From positions 4,185-68,184 of the forward strand of contig JAUXFM010000001.1 of NCBI GenBank assembly GCA_030622955.1: 64,000 bases of DNA. Reading direction: 5' to 3'. The notes beneath the pieces were generated by a model. That model was not told the DNA's origin. It made no database searches and saw nothing but the letters and a program-made list of their open reading frames with translations. The stretch comes from Lentisphaerales bacterium (lineage in GTDB: Bacteria; Verrucomicrobiota; Kiritimatiellia; JAUXFM01). The position numbers were made by a program, and so were the translations under genes. Shown here in pieces: positions 53,526 through 63,371 of the stretch. How positions within the stretch are numbered: position 1 is the first letter of the stretch; each line of letters opens with the position of its first letter.

Positions 53526-53544
53526 ACCAGGAAGGATATAAATC

Positions 53545-54909
53545 ATGAATACGAAGCAACTATCACTGATCTCTATGGCTCTTGTCGCCACATCTGTGCT
53601 CGCAGCTGATCCCTCGGGCTGGCGCGTCGATGGAACCGGAAGATTCCCCAATGCGGATATACCCACAACATGGTCCGCCACTGAGAACGTGATCTGGAAG
53701 AAGGAGCTGCCCGACCGGTCTAATGCGTCACCTATCGTGATTGGCGACAAGATCTTTATCTGTATTGAGCCAACAACGCTGGCATGCCTGTCGACCAAAG
53801 ATGGTTCCATTCTGTGGAAGAAGGATAACGCTTACGCCGATGTCCTGACGGCGGATGAGGTCACAAGCAACAAGGAAGCCGACAAATCCATCGGCGCGCT
53901 AATGAAAACGTCCAAAACTTTGAGGAAACAAAAGAAACAACTGGAAAACAACCTCAAGAACGACGCCCAGAACGCTGAACTGAAAGAGCGGCTCAAAAAG
54001 ATATCCAAAGAAGGAAAGAAAGTAAACGAGCAGCTCAAGAAGCTTGAGATACATGCGTCACCACGCAAACATAAAGTCACGGGGAACTCAAGCCCCACGC
54101 CAGTGTCGGATGGACAACACGTTTACGTTCTCTATGGAACCGGCATTGCTGCATGCTACGATCTCAGCGGCAACCGTGTCTGGGCAAGAATTGTCGAGAA
54201 ACCGACACACGGCTGGGGACATTGCATATCCCCCCTTCTCATCGGCGACACACTGATCATGCACGTGCGCAACGTCTATGGGCTGAACAAGAAGACAGGT
54301 GCAGAGAAGTGGAAGCATCCAAGCGAAGCTCGTTGGGGTTCCCCGATCAAGGCAAGAGTCGGTGAAAATGACTACGCGGTAACAGCCAATGGCGAGATCC
54401 TGGATCCAAAAGATGGAAAAGACCTGACCGGGAAACTCTTCAAGCTTGCTTACAATTCACCGATGGTTGAAGGCAACGTTCTCTACTTCGTGCAAGCTAA
54501 GGGTAAGGCATTCGAATTACCTGACACACTTGACGCCGACAATAAACCGAAAGAGCTCTGGAAAACAGGTCTTAAAGGTGATCGCTTCTACGCCTCGCCG
54601 GTCTACCACAATGGCCTGATCTACGCCATCGTCCGCGGACGCACAATGAGCGTACTTGATGCCAAAGACGGCACCGTGCTCTATTCAAAGAAACTTGCAT
54701 TCAAGGGCACACCCTATCCAAGCATGATCCTGCTCGGCGACAAGATATGTGTCAGTTCCGATGATGGCACATCGATAATAGTAGAGCCTGGCCGCGAGTA
54801 CAAGGAGCTGGCGGTTAACAAGCTGGAGCCATTCCGGAGCTGCCCCGTTGTAGCGCAGAATCGGATGTACATTCGTACGCTGAAGCACCTCTACTGCATC
54901 GGAAAATAG
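53545..54909 (+). CDS. PQQ-like beta-propeller repeat protein with internal Lys-rich coiled-coil insertion (paralog 1)
   Basis: Signal peptide and repeated 'G..Y..D..G..LW' blades. A ~70-aa 'KQKKQLENNLKNDAQNAELKERLKKISKEGKKVNEQLKKLE' insert lies between blades. Confidence 0.7.
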   Translation: MNTKQLSLISMALVATSVLAADPSGWRVDGTGRFPNADIPTTWSATENVIWKKELPDRSNASPIVIGDKIFICIEPTTLACLSTKDGSILWKKDNAYADVLTADEVTSNKEADKSIGALMKTSKTLRKQKKQLENNLKNDAQNAELKERLKKISKEGKKVNEQLKKLEIHASPRKHKVTGNSSPTPVSDGQHVYVLYGTGIAACYDLSGNRVWARIVEKPTHGWGHCISPLLIGDTLIMHVRNVYGLNKKTGAEKWKHPSEARWGSPIKARVGENDYAVTANGEILDPKDGKDLTGKLFKLAYNSPMVEGNVLYFVQAKGKAFELPDTLDADNKPKELWKTGLKGDRFYASPVYHNGLIYAIVRGRTMSVLDAKDGTVLYSKKLAFKGTPYPSMILLGDKICVSSDDGTSIIVEPGREYKELAVNKLEPFRSCPVVAQNRMYIRTLKHLYCIGK

Positions 54910-54931
54910 ACTGGCTCGATGCACCTGCTCT

Positions 54932-55225
54932 TCACGCCCTCAGGGTCAGTCCTCTTATTACGGTATTCGCGCATTTCCGAAGTGTTTTCTTCAATATCAC
55001 AATTCCTTGTGTTGAGGAATTCTCAACAGAATCAATGTGCTTTATCATGTTCGAAATAACACCATCTCGAGACTCCACCTCATCCCTTTGTGAGGCACCA
55101 TTGTTCTGGTATATGACAACCAGGCAGGAACAGTACATAGTCCAGCCTGTCCTTGAATATCTTATCGCCTTCGTCCCCCGATTCATCACGTGATAAACTG
55201 CTCGAGCATATTCAATCCTTGGCAT
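54932..55225 (-). pseudogene. Degraded IS200/IS605-family (Transposase_17 / RAYT-like) transposase remnant
   Basis: N-terminus 'MPRIEYARAVYHVMNRG' matches the conserved 'PRIEYPGAxYHVxNRGN' start of IS200-like/REP-associated tyrosine transposases. The remainder diverges and is truncated (97 aa versus the ~150-300-aa intact transposase). Confidence 0.5.
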
Positions 55226-55350
55226 ACACCACCGTCAAACAACCCTTCTTAATCGTCAATACCTATTTAAGAGGCCTACGGCAATAATCCGTGACAGTGA
55301 TCATTGGCATTGCTAGACTCTGCCTGCTAATCGATAACCAATCAGCAAGG

Positions 55351-56574
55351 GTTTGCCATATGCACAAGTCATGCCTTGTATTCACTCTGATATTGATCCT
55401 GGCCTCATGCCTGTCAGTACAGGCGGTAGATTACGCCCAGTGGCGCGGATCTGAGCGTAATGGACATTCCGAGGAAACGAGCCTACTCAAGAAGTGGCCT
55501 TCGTCGGGGCCAAAGCAGCTCTGGAACACGAGCGGCTTTGGCCAGGGCTATTCCAGCCCGGCGCTCGCCGGACAGAACATATACTTGACCGGTGTTGTGA
55601 ACGGACAGTTCACCCTCTTCTGTCTCGACCTGAAAGGAAACGTCAAATGGAAGAAACAGGCAGGACGCGGTTGGACTAAGAGCTATCCCGGTGCACGTTC
55701 CACTCCGACCATCGACGGCAGGTGTGTCTATGTCATGTCGGGATACGGTGAGACATCCTGTTTCGACGCAAAGACAGGTTCCCGGAAGTGGTCGGTAAAC
55801 ACGCTCAAGAGATTCAATGGCAAGAACATCAAGTGGGGCATTTCAGAGTCGTTGCTGGTCGAAGGCAACAACGTAATCTGTACACCTGGCGGACCTGATG
55901 CGTCGATTGTCGCCCTCAATAAGAACACCGGCTCAACTGTGTGGGTCAGCAAAGGCATCAGTGAACTCTCTGCTTACTGCTCCCCTATCAGCATAACACA
56001 GGGTGGCAAACGCATCATCATCACGATGCTGGCAAATAACATCGTTGGGCTCAACGCCAAGAACGGCAAGCTGCTCTGGAAGCATCCCCACTCGAATAAG
56101 TGGAAAGCCCATGCGGTCACCCCTATTCACCATGAGGGGATGATCTACTGCACCAGTGGCTACGGCTTTGGTGGAGTCATGCTCAAGCTCAACAACAGCG
56201 GCACAAGTGTCCAGAAAGTATGGACTAACAAAGATCTCGATTGCCACCACGGCGGCGTTGTCATGGTCGACGGTCAGATCTACGGCACGAGTCATCGTGG
56301 CGCTTGGGTATGCCTCGATTGGAAGAACGGCACCGTCAAATACAAGGAACGAGGGATCGGCAAAGGATCCTGCATCTACGCTGACGGCATGCTCTACGGC
56401 TACAGCGAAAAGGGCACCTGCGGCCTGATCAAGACATCATCTAGCGGCTATGATCTCAGAAGTTCGTTCAAGATCAACCAGGGCAGTGGAGAACACTGGG
56501 CGCATCCGGTCGTGGCAGGCGGGGTGATGTATATAAGGCACGGCAATACGCTCATGGCGTACAAGTTGAAATGA
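55351..56574 (+). CDS. PQQ-like beta-propeller repeat protein (paralog 2)
   Basis: Signal peptide 'MHKSCLVFTLILILASCLSVQA' and repeated 'G..YC.D..TG...W' blades. Confidence 0.75.
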   Translation, partial: VCHMHKSCLVFTLILILASCLSVQAVDYAQWRGSERNGHSEETSLLKKWPSSGPKQLWNTSGFGQGYSSPALAGQNIYLTGVVNGQFTLFCLDLKGNVKWKKQAGRGWTKSYPGARSTPTIDGRCVYVMSGYGETSCFDAKTGSRKWSVNTLKRFNGKNIKWGISESLLVEGNNVICTPGGPDASIVALNKNTGSTVWVSKGISELSAYCSPISITQGGKRIIITMLANNIVGLNAKNGKLLWKHPHSNKWKAHAVTPIHHEGMIYCTSGYGFGGVMLKLNNSGTSVQKVWTNKDLDCHHGGVVMVDGQIYGTSHRGAWVCLDWKNGTVKYKERGIGKGSCIYADGMLYGYSEKGTCGLIKTSSSGYDLRSSFKINQGSGEHWAHPVVAGGVMYIRHGNTLMAYKLK

Positions 56575-56739
56575 TGACCTGAACACTTAGTTAGTCAATC
56601 CTGCCCTGCAGGAATCTGGATTACGCCGTCTGTGCGGTTGCCGCGACCTGGAAATATCGAGCTTTAAAGGTCAAGCCGAAGACGCCCTTCCCAGCGCATT
56701 CCCAATTCTCAATGCACGCCGAAAGCCATTCTGCACCCA

Positions 56740-59700
56740 CTATTCATCGCGCAACGCTGTAACAAGCGATCTTCTCATTCCGGCCAGCGCAGCAACCGCA
56801 GTGAGGAGGAAGCCTGTTGCAGCGATTCCTGCAAACATCACCAGCATCAAGCCGTAAGGCACTTTCGTTCCTGCCGATGTGAAACTCGGCCACAATGCCG
56901 TGCATGCGGCCGCCACTCCCAGCAATAGTCCGTATGCAATCAGGAACCAGTGCTCCGCAATGACCAGCCTGCAAACAGCACTCCGCGAATACCCGATGCA
57001 TCTGAGCACCGCAATCTCGCACCTACGTTCCAGAATATTGCGAAGAACGACCGCAGCCGTACCAACTGTTCCGAGCAACAAACCCAATCCGCCCAGCAAA
57101 AGAAAGATCGAAAGATATGTCGATTCGACCGCATAAAATTCTTCAAGTCGCTGCGTTGCGGGAACCAGATCCAATCCAACCCTCGCAAAATCGGCAGACA
57201 ACTCGGCCGCGATCCTATCGCTGTCATCACCCGCCCCATCAACCAACATCACCCGGTATCCTCCATCTGATGGATAGAGCCTGTTAAAATGACTTCGGGA
57301 AATAAGTATTGAACCCTGGAACACCGAAAGCTTCATCGGCAGTTTTCCCACGAGTTTAATTAATACCTGCTTCCCTGTCTCATCCCTGTAGATCAGCGCA
57401 TCGCCATCAATGGGGCCCACTTTCATCTGCAGCCCCCACATCGCCGTGTTGCCGTCGCCTGCAAGCGCAGGAATTGCGCCATCAGCCCTGACTTCTTCAA
57501 GAAGTGACCATGGATTGACTTCCTCATTTGCTGACACAAAAGAACCACGGCTTATCATATCCGTCGGATCGATGCCCAGAAGCTTTGGCGATTGCGCGCG
57601 GTTAAGGTTGAGACAACCGGCATCATCGCCACTGCGCATCTTGATCAATACAATGTCGAGTTTCGGCAACTCTGAACGTGAGCGAATTGGTGAATTCCCA
57701 CCCGCATCTTCCAGCAAAGCGGCAGTTGTCTCGCCGAACAAATCAAATCCGCCGGTACCGGACGATCCTTCTCCCGCATGAAGCGTTACATCTTCTTTCA
57801 TGGCCAGCACGGCAAATACCATAAAACAACCGGATGCCAGCAAGGCAGCAATTACGAGGCTGCGCCCACGCCGACGTGTTGCCGTCCGCACAGCCAGCCC
57901 ATGAAATGACAATCTTCCTGTTCCTCCGCGCATACTAATTCTACCAAGCACGTACGCGAGAAATGCAATACCTGCCACCAACAGTAACGCACCCGCGCCA
58001 AAGAATATAAAGGCCGTATCACGGGCATCTGTCACATCAGCCCAAACAACGAGACCTGCTGCCAGCATGGCTGTTGTGATGGATATGGGAAGCGGAAGCT
58101 TTGATCGATTGGTAGCCGGGGCAAGTGCGGCATCATTCCGCAACAATCCGGCAACAGACATAAGCATCCTCTTCGCCATCACCACTCTCATTACCAGCAT
58201 CGCACAAATGGCGGTTACTATGCCACCTGCCAGAACCGTACCTGGCGCCACGTGGTATTGGATTGTCGATCCGGCTATTGCGCCCTGCCAATGATTCGTC
58301 AGCCCCCATATCAACAATCGAGTATAGAGAATGCCAAGAAGAGCCCCGAGAATTGCACCCATGCATGCGACAATACAGCCTTCAAGAAGAAATACCTTCC
58401 TCGTTTGACCACGTGTGAAACCAAGCGCCAGCAGCGTCCCTATATGCTCTGAGCGCTGCTCCACAGCAAATACAAAGACCATTCCACTGAGCAACAGGGC
58501 CGCTGTGATGAGAAAGAAACTCATGCTCGCGAATAGCTGTCCAAAATCCATCCCCTGTCGCACCGCCGCCTTCGCTTCCTGATTGACCGGCACAAAGAAA
58601 AGGCCAAGCGAACTGGCCGACAGCTTCTTCTTAAGGCTACAGGTAAGCTCAGCTCCATCGTCAGATTCAATTCTGACACCGGACAGATTGCCAAAGCGAT
58701 TGGCCCACATCTCCTGGCCCGCCACGAGCGTAACAAACGCTTTTGGCGTGGCCCGATATTTGCCCCAATATTGCTCGTTCTTCTCATCATTCAGTAATTC
58801 GTCATCCATGGGCATGCTGACATCCCAGCTGGCGCAGCGCTCGACATCCGCCAGACCAGGAAAACGCGGTACGAGTTCTTTTTCAATGCCAAGGGAAGCC
58901 ATCTTTACAATGCTGTGAACAGCAAATGTACGTGTTCTTTCGATGAACTCGTTGCCGTCTGTCAGTTCATAGTATTTAAGATCAAGACTGTCGCCTGCCC
59001 TCGCATCCAGCTCTCTTGCCACCCATTCGTTGATTATGATTTGGTCATCCCTCATATCTGCCGGCACGATACCAAGACGGCAACCGGATGTAGGCTGAAT
59101 CGCGGTTACGAATGAATAAGGAGTGCCCACATCGCCATTCTTCTTTCTGATGTCGTTCACGAGATAAGTCAGCGCTCCAACAGTGCCCGGTGTTTTCAGC
59201 GCAGCGGCGGCTGTCTCTCTCTGCAAAAAGATGCGCTCACTTTCAAGTTGAACAATCCGCTTACTTGCAGATGATTCCATCCTCATTCCGACGTCATCCG
59301 GCTCCCATACCCTTTCCAGTATACGTTGCGCATCGCTGCAGCTTGTCTCTGCATCCGACGCCCCCTTGGCAAGTAGCAGGTTGATCTTATCTTCCAGGCC
59401 AATGATCTTCTGCAACCATCCAAGATCAACAAAGACATTGTACGGTGCAATCTGATTGGCGGATAAGCTGAACCTACCAAGCTCATCGTCCTGTACAATT
59501 CGAGATATTTCGAGGAGCACCTGCACTGAAGTCCGATCCCTTCTGAAGGACAGGGGTGCCTCTTCGGGCATGAGTCCCGGCCTCATCAAGCGGACCGACA
59601 CTTCATCCCCCACAACGGCATCGAGCGCTTCGGCTACCTTCACGCTCAATGCTATGGTGCCAGGAGCAATTGCCTCCCCACCTCCGTCAGCAAAACTCCA

Positions 59701-60057
59701 GAAGCCGACAGCAACACCCAGTACCTGAACATTATTGACCTGCTTTCGCCATGCGCTTTCCGGCTCCTGATGCACCACGACGCCGGGCAATTGCAATGCC
59801 CCAGTTGCATCGAGAGCATCGTCCCCGTTCAATTCCTCGGCCAATCTGCCGCTAAAGAAACGGTTCCGGCTATATATGGCACTCTCAGTCTTGCCCAACC
59901 GCAAGAGAGCAAGACGGCGCAGGCTGTATCGAACCGAATCACCGACAAGCAGTGACCCTGTAAGAACTATGGCTGCGACCATGACGCTGAGGCAAACACA
60001 GGCATTCGTTCGCCGATTGAATCTGATACTGTTAATGACAAGCTTAGTGAAAGTCAT
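56740..60057 (-). CDS. ABC transporter permease, duplicated FtsX/MacB-type (two 4-TM permease modules with large periplasmic domains)
   Basis: 1105 aa with two FtsX-like TM bundles, and it is coupled to the ATPase gene by a 4-bp overlap. Confidence 0.8.
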   Translation of the reverse strand: MTFTKLVINSIRFNRRTNACVCLSVMVAAIVLTGSLLVGDSVRYSLRRLALLRLGKTESAIYSRNRFFSGRLAEELNGDDALDATGALQLPGVVVHQEPESAWRKQVNNVQVLGVAVGFWSFADGGGEAIAPGTIALSVKVAEALDAVVGDEVSVRLMRPGLMPEEAPLSFRRDRTSVQVLLEISRIVQDDELGRFSLSANQIAPYNVFVDLGWLQKIIGLEDKINLLLAKGASDAETSCSDAQRILERVWEPDDVGMRMESSASKRIVQLESERIFLQRETAAAALKTPGTVGALTYLVNDIRKKNGDVGTPYSFVTAIQPTSGCRLGIVPADMRDDQIIINEWVARELDARAGDSLDLKYYELTDGNEFIERTRTFAVHSIVKMASLGIEKELVPRFPGLADVERCASWDVSMPMDDELLNDEKNEQYWGKYRATPKAFVTLVAGQEMWANRFGNLSGVRIESDDGAELTCSLKKKLSASSLGLFFVPVNQEAKAAVRQGMDFGQLFASMSFFLITAALLLSGMVFVFAVEQRSEHIGTLLALGFTRGQTRKVFLLEGCIVACMGAILGALLGILYTRLLIWGLTNHWQGAIAGSTIQYHVAPGTVLAGGIVTAICAMLVMRVVMAKRMLMSVAGLLRNDAALAPATNRSKLPLPISITTAMLAAGLVVWADVTDARDTAFIFFGAGALLLVAGIAFLAYVLGRISMRGGTGRLSFHGLAVRTATRRRGRSLVIAALLASGCFMVFAVLAMKEDVTLHAGEGSSGTGGFDLFGETTAALLEDAGGNSPIRSRSELPKLDIVLIKMRSGDDAGCLNLNRAQSPKLLGIDPTDMISRGSFVSANEEVNPWSLLEEVRADGAIPALAGDGNTAMWGLQMKVGPIDGDALIYRDETGKQVLIKLVGKLPMKLSVFQGSILISRSHFNRLYPSDGGYRVMLVDGAGDDSDRIAAELSADFARVGLDLVPATQRLEEFYAVESTYLSIFLLLGGLGLLLGTVGTAAVVLRNILERRCEIAVLRCIGYSRSAVCRLVIAEHWFLIAYGLLLGVAAACTALWPSFTSAGTKVPYGLMLVMFAGIAATGFLLTAVAALAGMRRSLVTALRDE

Positions 60058-60740
60058 TGTGTTTGTTTCAACACGCCATCGCTCAATTCATAAACATGCT
60101 CCAGCTCCACGGCCCATAGCGATGCATGCGTGACCACGACCATGGCGACCCCATCCTTATCATTGATGTCGGTCAACAAATTCATGAGTGATTCAGCCGA
60201 TTTGTGGTCAAGCGAACCGGTAGGTTCATCCGCCAGCAGCAGAATCGGCCTATTGATTAGAGCCCGTGCAACGGCAACTCTCTGACATTCGCCACCTGAC
60301 AATTGACCGGGCCTGTAGTCCAGCCGATCGGACAACCCCACCCTGTCGAGTAAGTGTCTTGCATATTTCTCAACTTCTTCACCTTGATTCTGATTTACGA
60401 GAGTAGGCACGAGCACGTTCTCCAACGCCGTACATTGCGGCAGCAGATGGTGTAGCTGAAATATGAAGCCTATCTCGCTGTTTCGGGCGGCTGCAATATC
60501 CTTCTCGTCGAGCCGGGCTGCATCTCTGCCTTCAAGCATGACCTTGCCGGTGCTCGGCTTGTCAAGCAGCCCCATAATGTTAAGCAATGTGCTCTTACCT
60601 GATCCTGAAGGCCCCGTCACAGCCAGAGCATCGCTCTTCGATATGCTGATGCTGACGCCCTTGAGAATCATTTCAGGCGCAGTAACAACATCGTAAGATT
60701 TAGTAACATTCTCCAGTCGCAGGATGTTTTCTATGTTCAT
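60054..60740 (-). CDS. ABC transporter ATP-binding protein (LolD/MacB-type)
   Basis: Walker A 'GPSGSGKST', signature 'LSGGECQRVAVARAL', and Walker B 'LLLADEPTGSLD'. Confidence 0.9.
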   Translation of the reverse strand: MNIENILRLENVTKSYDVVTAPEMILKGVSISISKSDALAVTGPSGSGKSTLLNIMGLLDKPSTGKVMLEGRDAARLDEKDIAAARNSEIGFIFQLHHLLPQCTALENVLVPTLVNQNQGEEVEKYARHLLDRVGLSDRLDYRPGQLSGGECQRVAVARALINRPILLLADEPTGSLDHKSAESLMNLLTDINDKDGVAMVVVTHASLWAVELEHVYELSDGVLKQTQ

Positions 60741-61933
60741 TTCTTCTCCCCAAAAGCCACGAGGCGACCACCCACCGTCCCCACAACAATCAAGCCGTGA
60801 GCAACAGAGGGCTCGGTTAACTTCTCACCCAGCACATATGACCATAGCGTCTCGCCCGTCTTCACCGACAACATATAGATTGTGCTTTCACCACTCACTA
60901 TGACCTTGTCGCCTGCTACAACTGGCGAAGATAGATGTAGATCGTCAATCTTGAATGACCAATCTGTCTGCCCGCTCTTACGATCCATCGAATAGGCAAT
61001 GCCATCTAGATTGGCAAGAATCACAGAATCTCTTGTCAGGGCCGGTGTTGGGAATGGATCATTGTGTCTGGCATCCGAATCCGCATTCTTCCAGAGTATG
61101 TCTTGCGTATTCAAGTTAATGGCAAAGACCTCTCCAGTTCTTGTCACGAAGACACCGTAATTCACGTCAATAGCCGCGCCACCTGCCATTTCCCGAGAAT
61201 GTGTGCGCCCATCATTTCCTTTTGGTTCGCTCAATTCAATCGCACTGAGTTTATCTCCATTCCTCGTCGAAACGATCTGAACAGTACAATCACAATCCCC
61301 GAACACTATCTTGGCACCTGTAACTGAAGGCGAGCCGGCAGAAGGTGCCGCACCGCGGGCAACCCATATCTTCTTTCCGCTATCGACATCGATGCAATGG
61401 AGATCCCCCTCCGGCCAAGTGATTGCCAAGGCCGCCTCCTGCTTGGCGCTCACTGTGCAGGCAGCTACCGAGTTCAGCACGTTTGTGCCGGCCTTGTATT
61501 GCCAGGCCTGCAGGCCCGTAGCACCATCAAATGCATATACCGTCCCGCTCTTGCCGCCGATGACAACCTTATCCTTGATCAAAACAGTGGCGCCTGTGAA
61601 ATACTCCTGCTCTCTGACACCATCCTTGGGCCTTGCAACAGTGGACCATCGTTCCTTCCCATCAAGATCCACGGCATAGACAATTCCATCATCTGTGGTG
61701 AAATAGATATACTTACCAATGGTCGGAGCGCGATCAATGCTCCCGTTCGCCCGGAATCGCCAACGGCGTACAGGCTTATCGGGCACAGTACAACGCGCCA
61801 CGCCGGACAGCGATCTGTTCCCATGATAGGTAGGCCAATCCGCCCGAGCCGACCAGATCGGCTCTGCTTGCACACAGCGCAATGCTACGAACAACATCGC
61901 GCACAATACAACATACTTTCCAAGCTTAATCAT
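60737..61933 (-). CDS. PQQ-like beta-propeller repeat protein (paralog 3)
   Basis: Signal peptide 'MIKLGKYVVLCAMLFVALRCVQA' and PQQ/BamB-like blades. It overlaps the ATPase gene by 4 bp and the GT1 gene by 8 bp. Confidence 0.75.
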   Translation of the reverse strand: MIKLGKYVVLCAMLFVALRCVQAEPIWSARADWPTYHGNRSLSGVARCTVPDKPVRRWRFRANGSIDRAPTIGKYIYFTTDDGIVYAVDLDGKERWSTVARPKDGVREQEYFTGATVLIKDKVVIGGKSGTVYAFDGATGLQAWQYKAGTNVLNSVAACTVSAKQEAALAITWPEGDLHCIDVDSGKKIWVARGAAPSAGSPSVTGAKIVFGDCDCTVQIVSTRNGDKLSAIELSEPKGNDGRTHSREMAGGAAIDVNYGVFVTRTGEVFAINLNTQDILWKNADSDARHNDPFPTPALTRDSVILANLDGIAYSMDRKSGQTDWSFKIDDLHLSSPVVAGDKVIVSGESTIYMLSVKTGETLWSYVLGEKLTEPSVAHGLIVVGTVGGRLVAFGEKK

Positions 61934-63215
61934 TAAGTTGACTGTAAACTGCAATTGTGTTCTCTGCCATCTTTTCGATACTGAAATTCTCCGCAACATT
62001 GTCGCGGCCCTTTCGGCCCAGCTCAACAGCACGCGATTTATCCAGGAGAATCGATTTCAAGGCGGAAACCAATGCGCCCTCTTCGTCCGGCGCATATGTG
62101 ATTCCACCTCCAGTGGCTTCGACAATTTCAGGAAATGCGCCGACAGCAGGCTGCACCACCGGCACACCTGACGCCATCGCTTCTATGAGATACGTCCCGA
62201 ACGCTTCGCCGCCGGGCACAGGCACCGAAAGCACCGAAAGCTGACTCAAGAATTCGATGCGTGATATTTTGTCAAACTTCTCAAGTATTTCCACATCCCC
62301 TTCAACGCCGGCGGCCCTGAACCGATCTTGAACGCTCCGCACGAACTCCCGCGATCCTGCCGTCACTCCGCCCGTAGCTTTGAACTTCAGCATCTTCAAT
62401 CTTTCATCTCTCTTCAATTCGATGAATGCATCCGCAAGAGCGCCGAAGCCGGCCGATTCCGAGATCCTCGACAAATATCCCAACAATGGCGGATCCACAA
62501 CGTCCGGGGATACCTGGTAATCAGAATGGTTCAGCCCGACAGGCACAACATGCAATTGCTCATCCAAAAGCTTCATGCGTTCCTTCATGCGCTGACCGTA
62601 ATACCTGCTCACGGAGATGAACGCATCCACATCCTTCGCGCGCTCGGCGAAAATGGCCCATGCTTCATCGGCATCGCCCCGCGCCATGGCATCCAGCCAT
62701 CCATCCTCGTCCTGCAGCGAGCACACAATTTTCGCGCCGGTCTTCTTCCTCAACTCCCTGACAAGCCCAAGCAGAAGCGCATTCGACAAATGAATGATGT
62801 CCGGCTTAACCTCTCTGCTCAACCATTCTACAAGGTGCTCCAGTTCCTCGGCCTGTCCGCCCGACTCCCCCCTCAACATGGAAATCGTCATGCTCGCCAA
62901 ACCACTGGCCTTGACCGAGCCCTCGCGCTGAGCCGCCTGCCTGAGCACGTTCTCAGTCTTCAAGATGCGGCACAACCACTGTGGCATGTGTTTCAAAAAG
63001 GGATATCGATGTTTCAGATACATCTCGACAGCGCTGAAAAACACCGGGATATCCTTGGTGACATCTTCACCAATCGCGAACAGCGGAAGGTACATCGGCA
63101 CAACCGTCACATCATGGTCATGCTTCCTGAACTCGCGGAACAGTTCACCATCACGCATACAGTTCTGACAGTAGAACGTGTCGCCGGAACCAGGAACTAT
63201 GTAGGCTATCTTCAT
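61926..63215 (-). CDS. Glycosyltransferase family 1 (GT4-like)
   Basis: The C-terminal GT-B nucleotide-sugar fold 'GGEAFGTYLIEAMASGVPVV' lies in this 429-aa product. Confidence 0.8.
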   Translation of the reverse strand: MKIAYIVPGSGDTFYCQNCMRDGELFREFRKHDHDVTVVPMYLPLFAIGEDVTKDIPVFFSAVEMYLKHRYPFLKHMPQWLCRILKTENVLRQAAQREGSVKASGLASMTISMLRGESGGQAEELEHLVEWLSREVKPDIIHLSNALLLGLVRELRKKTGAKIVCSLQDEDGWLDAMARGDADEAWAIFAERAKDVDAFISVSRYYGQRMKERMKLLDEQLHVVPVGLNHSDYQVSPDVVDPPLLGYLSRISESAGFGALADAFIELKRDERLKMLKFKATGGVTAGSREFVRSVQDRFRAAGVEGDVEILEKFDKISRIEFLSQLSVLSVPVPGGEAFGTYLIEAMASGVPVVQPAVGAFPEIVEATGGGITYAPDEEGALVSALKSILLDKSRAVELGRKGRDNVAENFSIEKMAENTIAVYSQLND

Positions 63216-63371
63216 TATCAGGGATGAGGGATGAAACCTGAGGCCTGAGCCATAGAAAGTGAAAAGAGCGAGCGTCCCACATTCAACATCGAACGCCGAA
63301 TACCGAAGTGAAGAGTCTTTACTAATCTATCCGGCAATCGCACTACACATGCTCGGTTCATGCTCCCGCCC

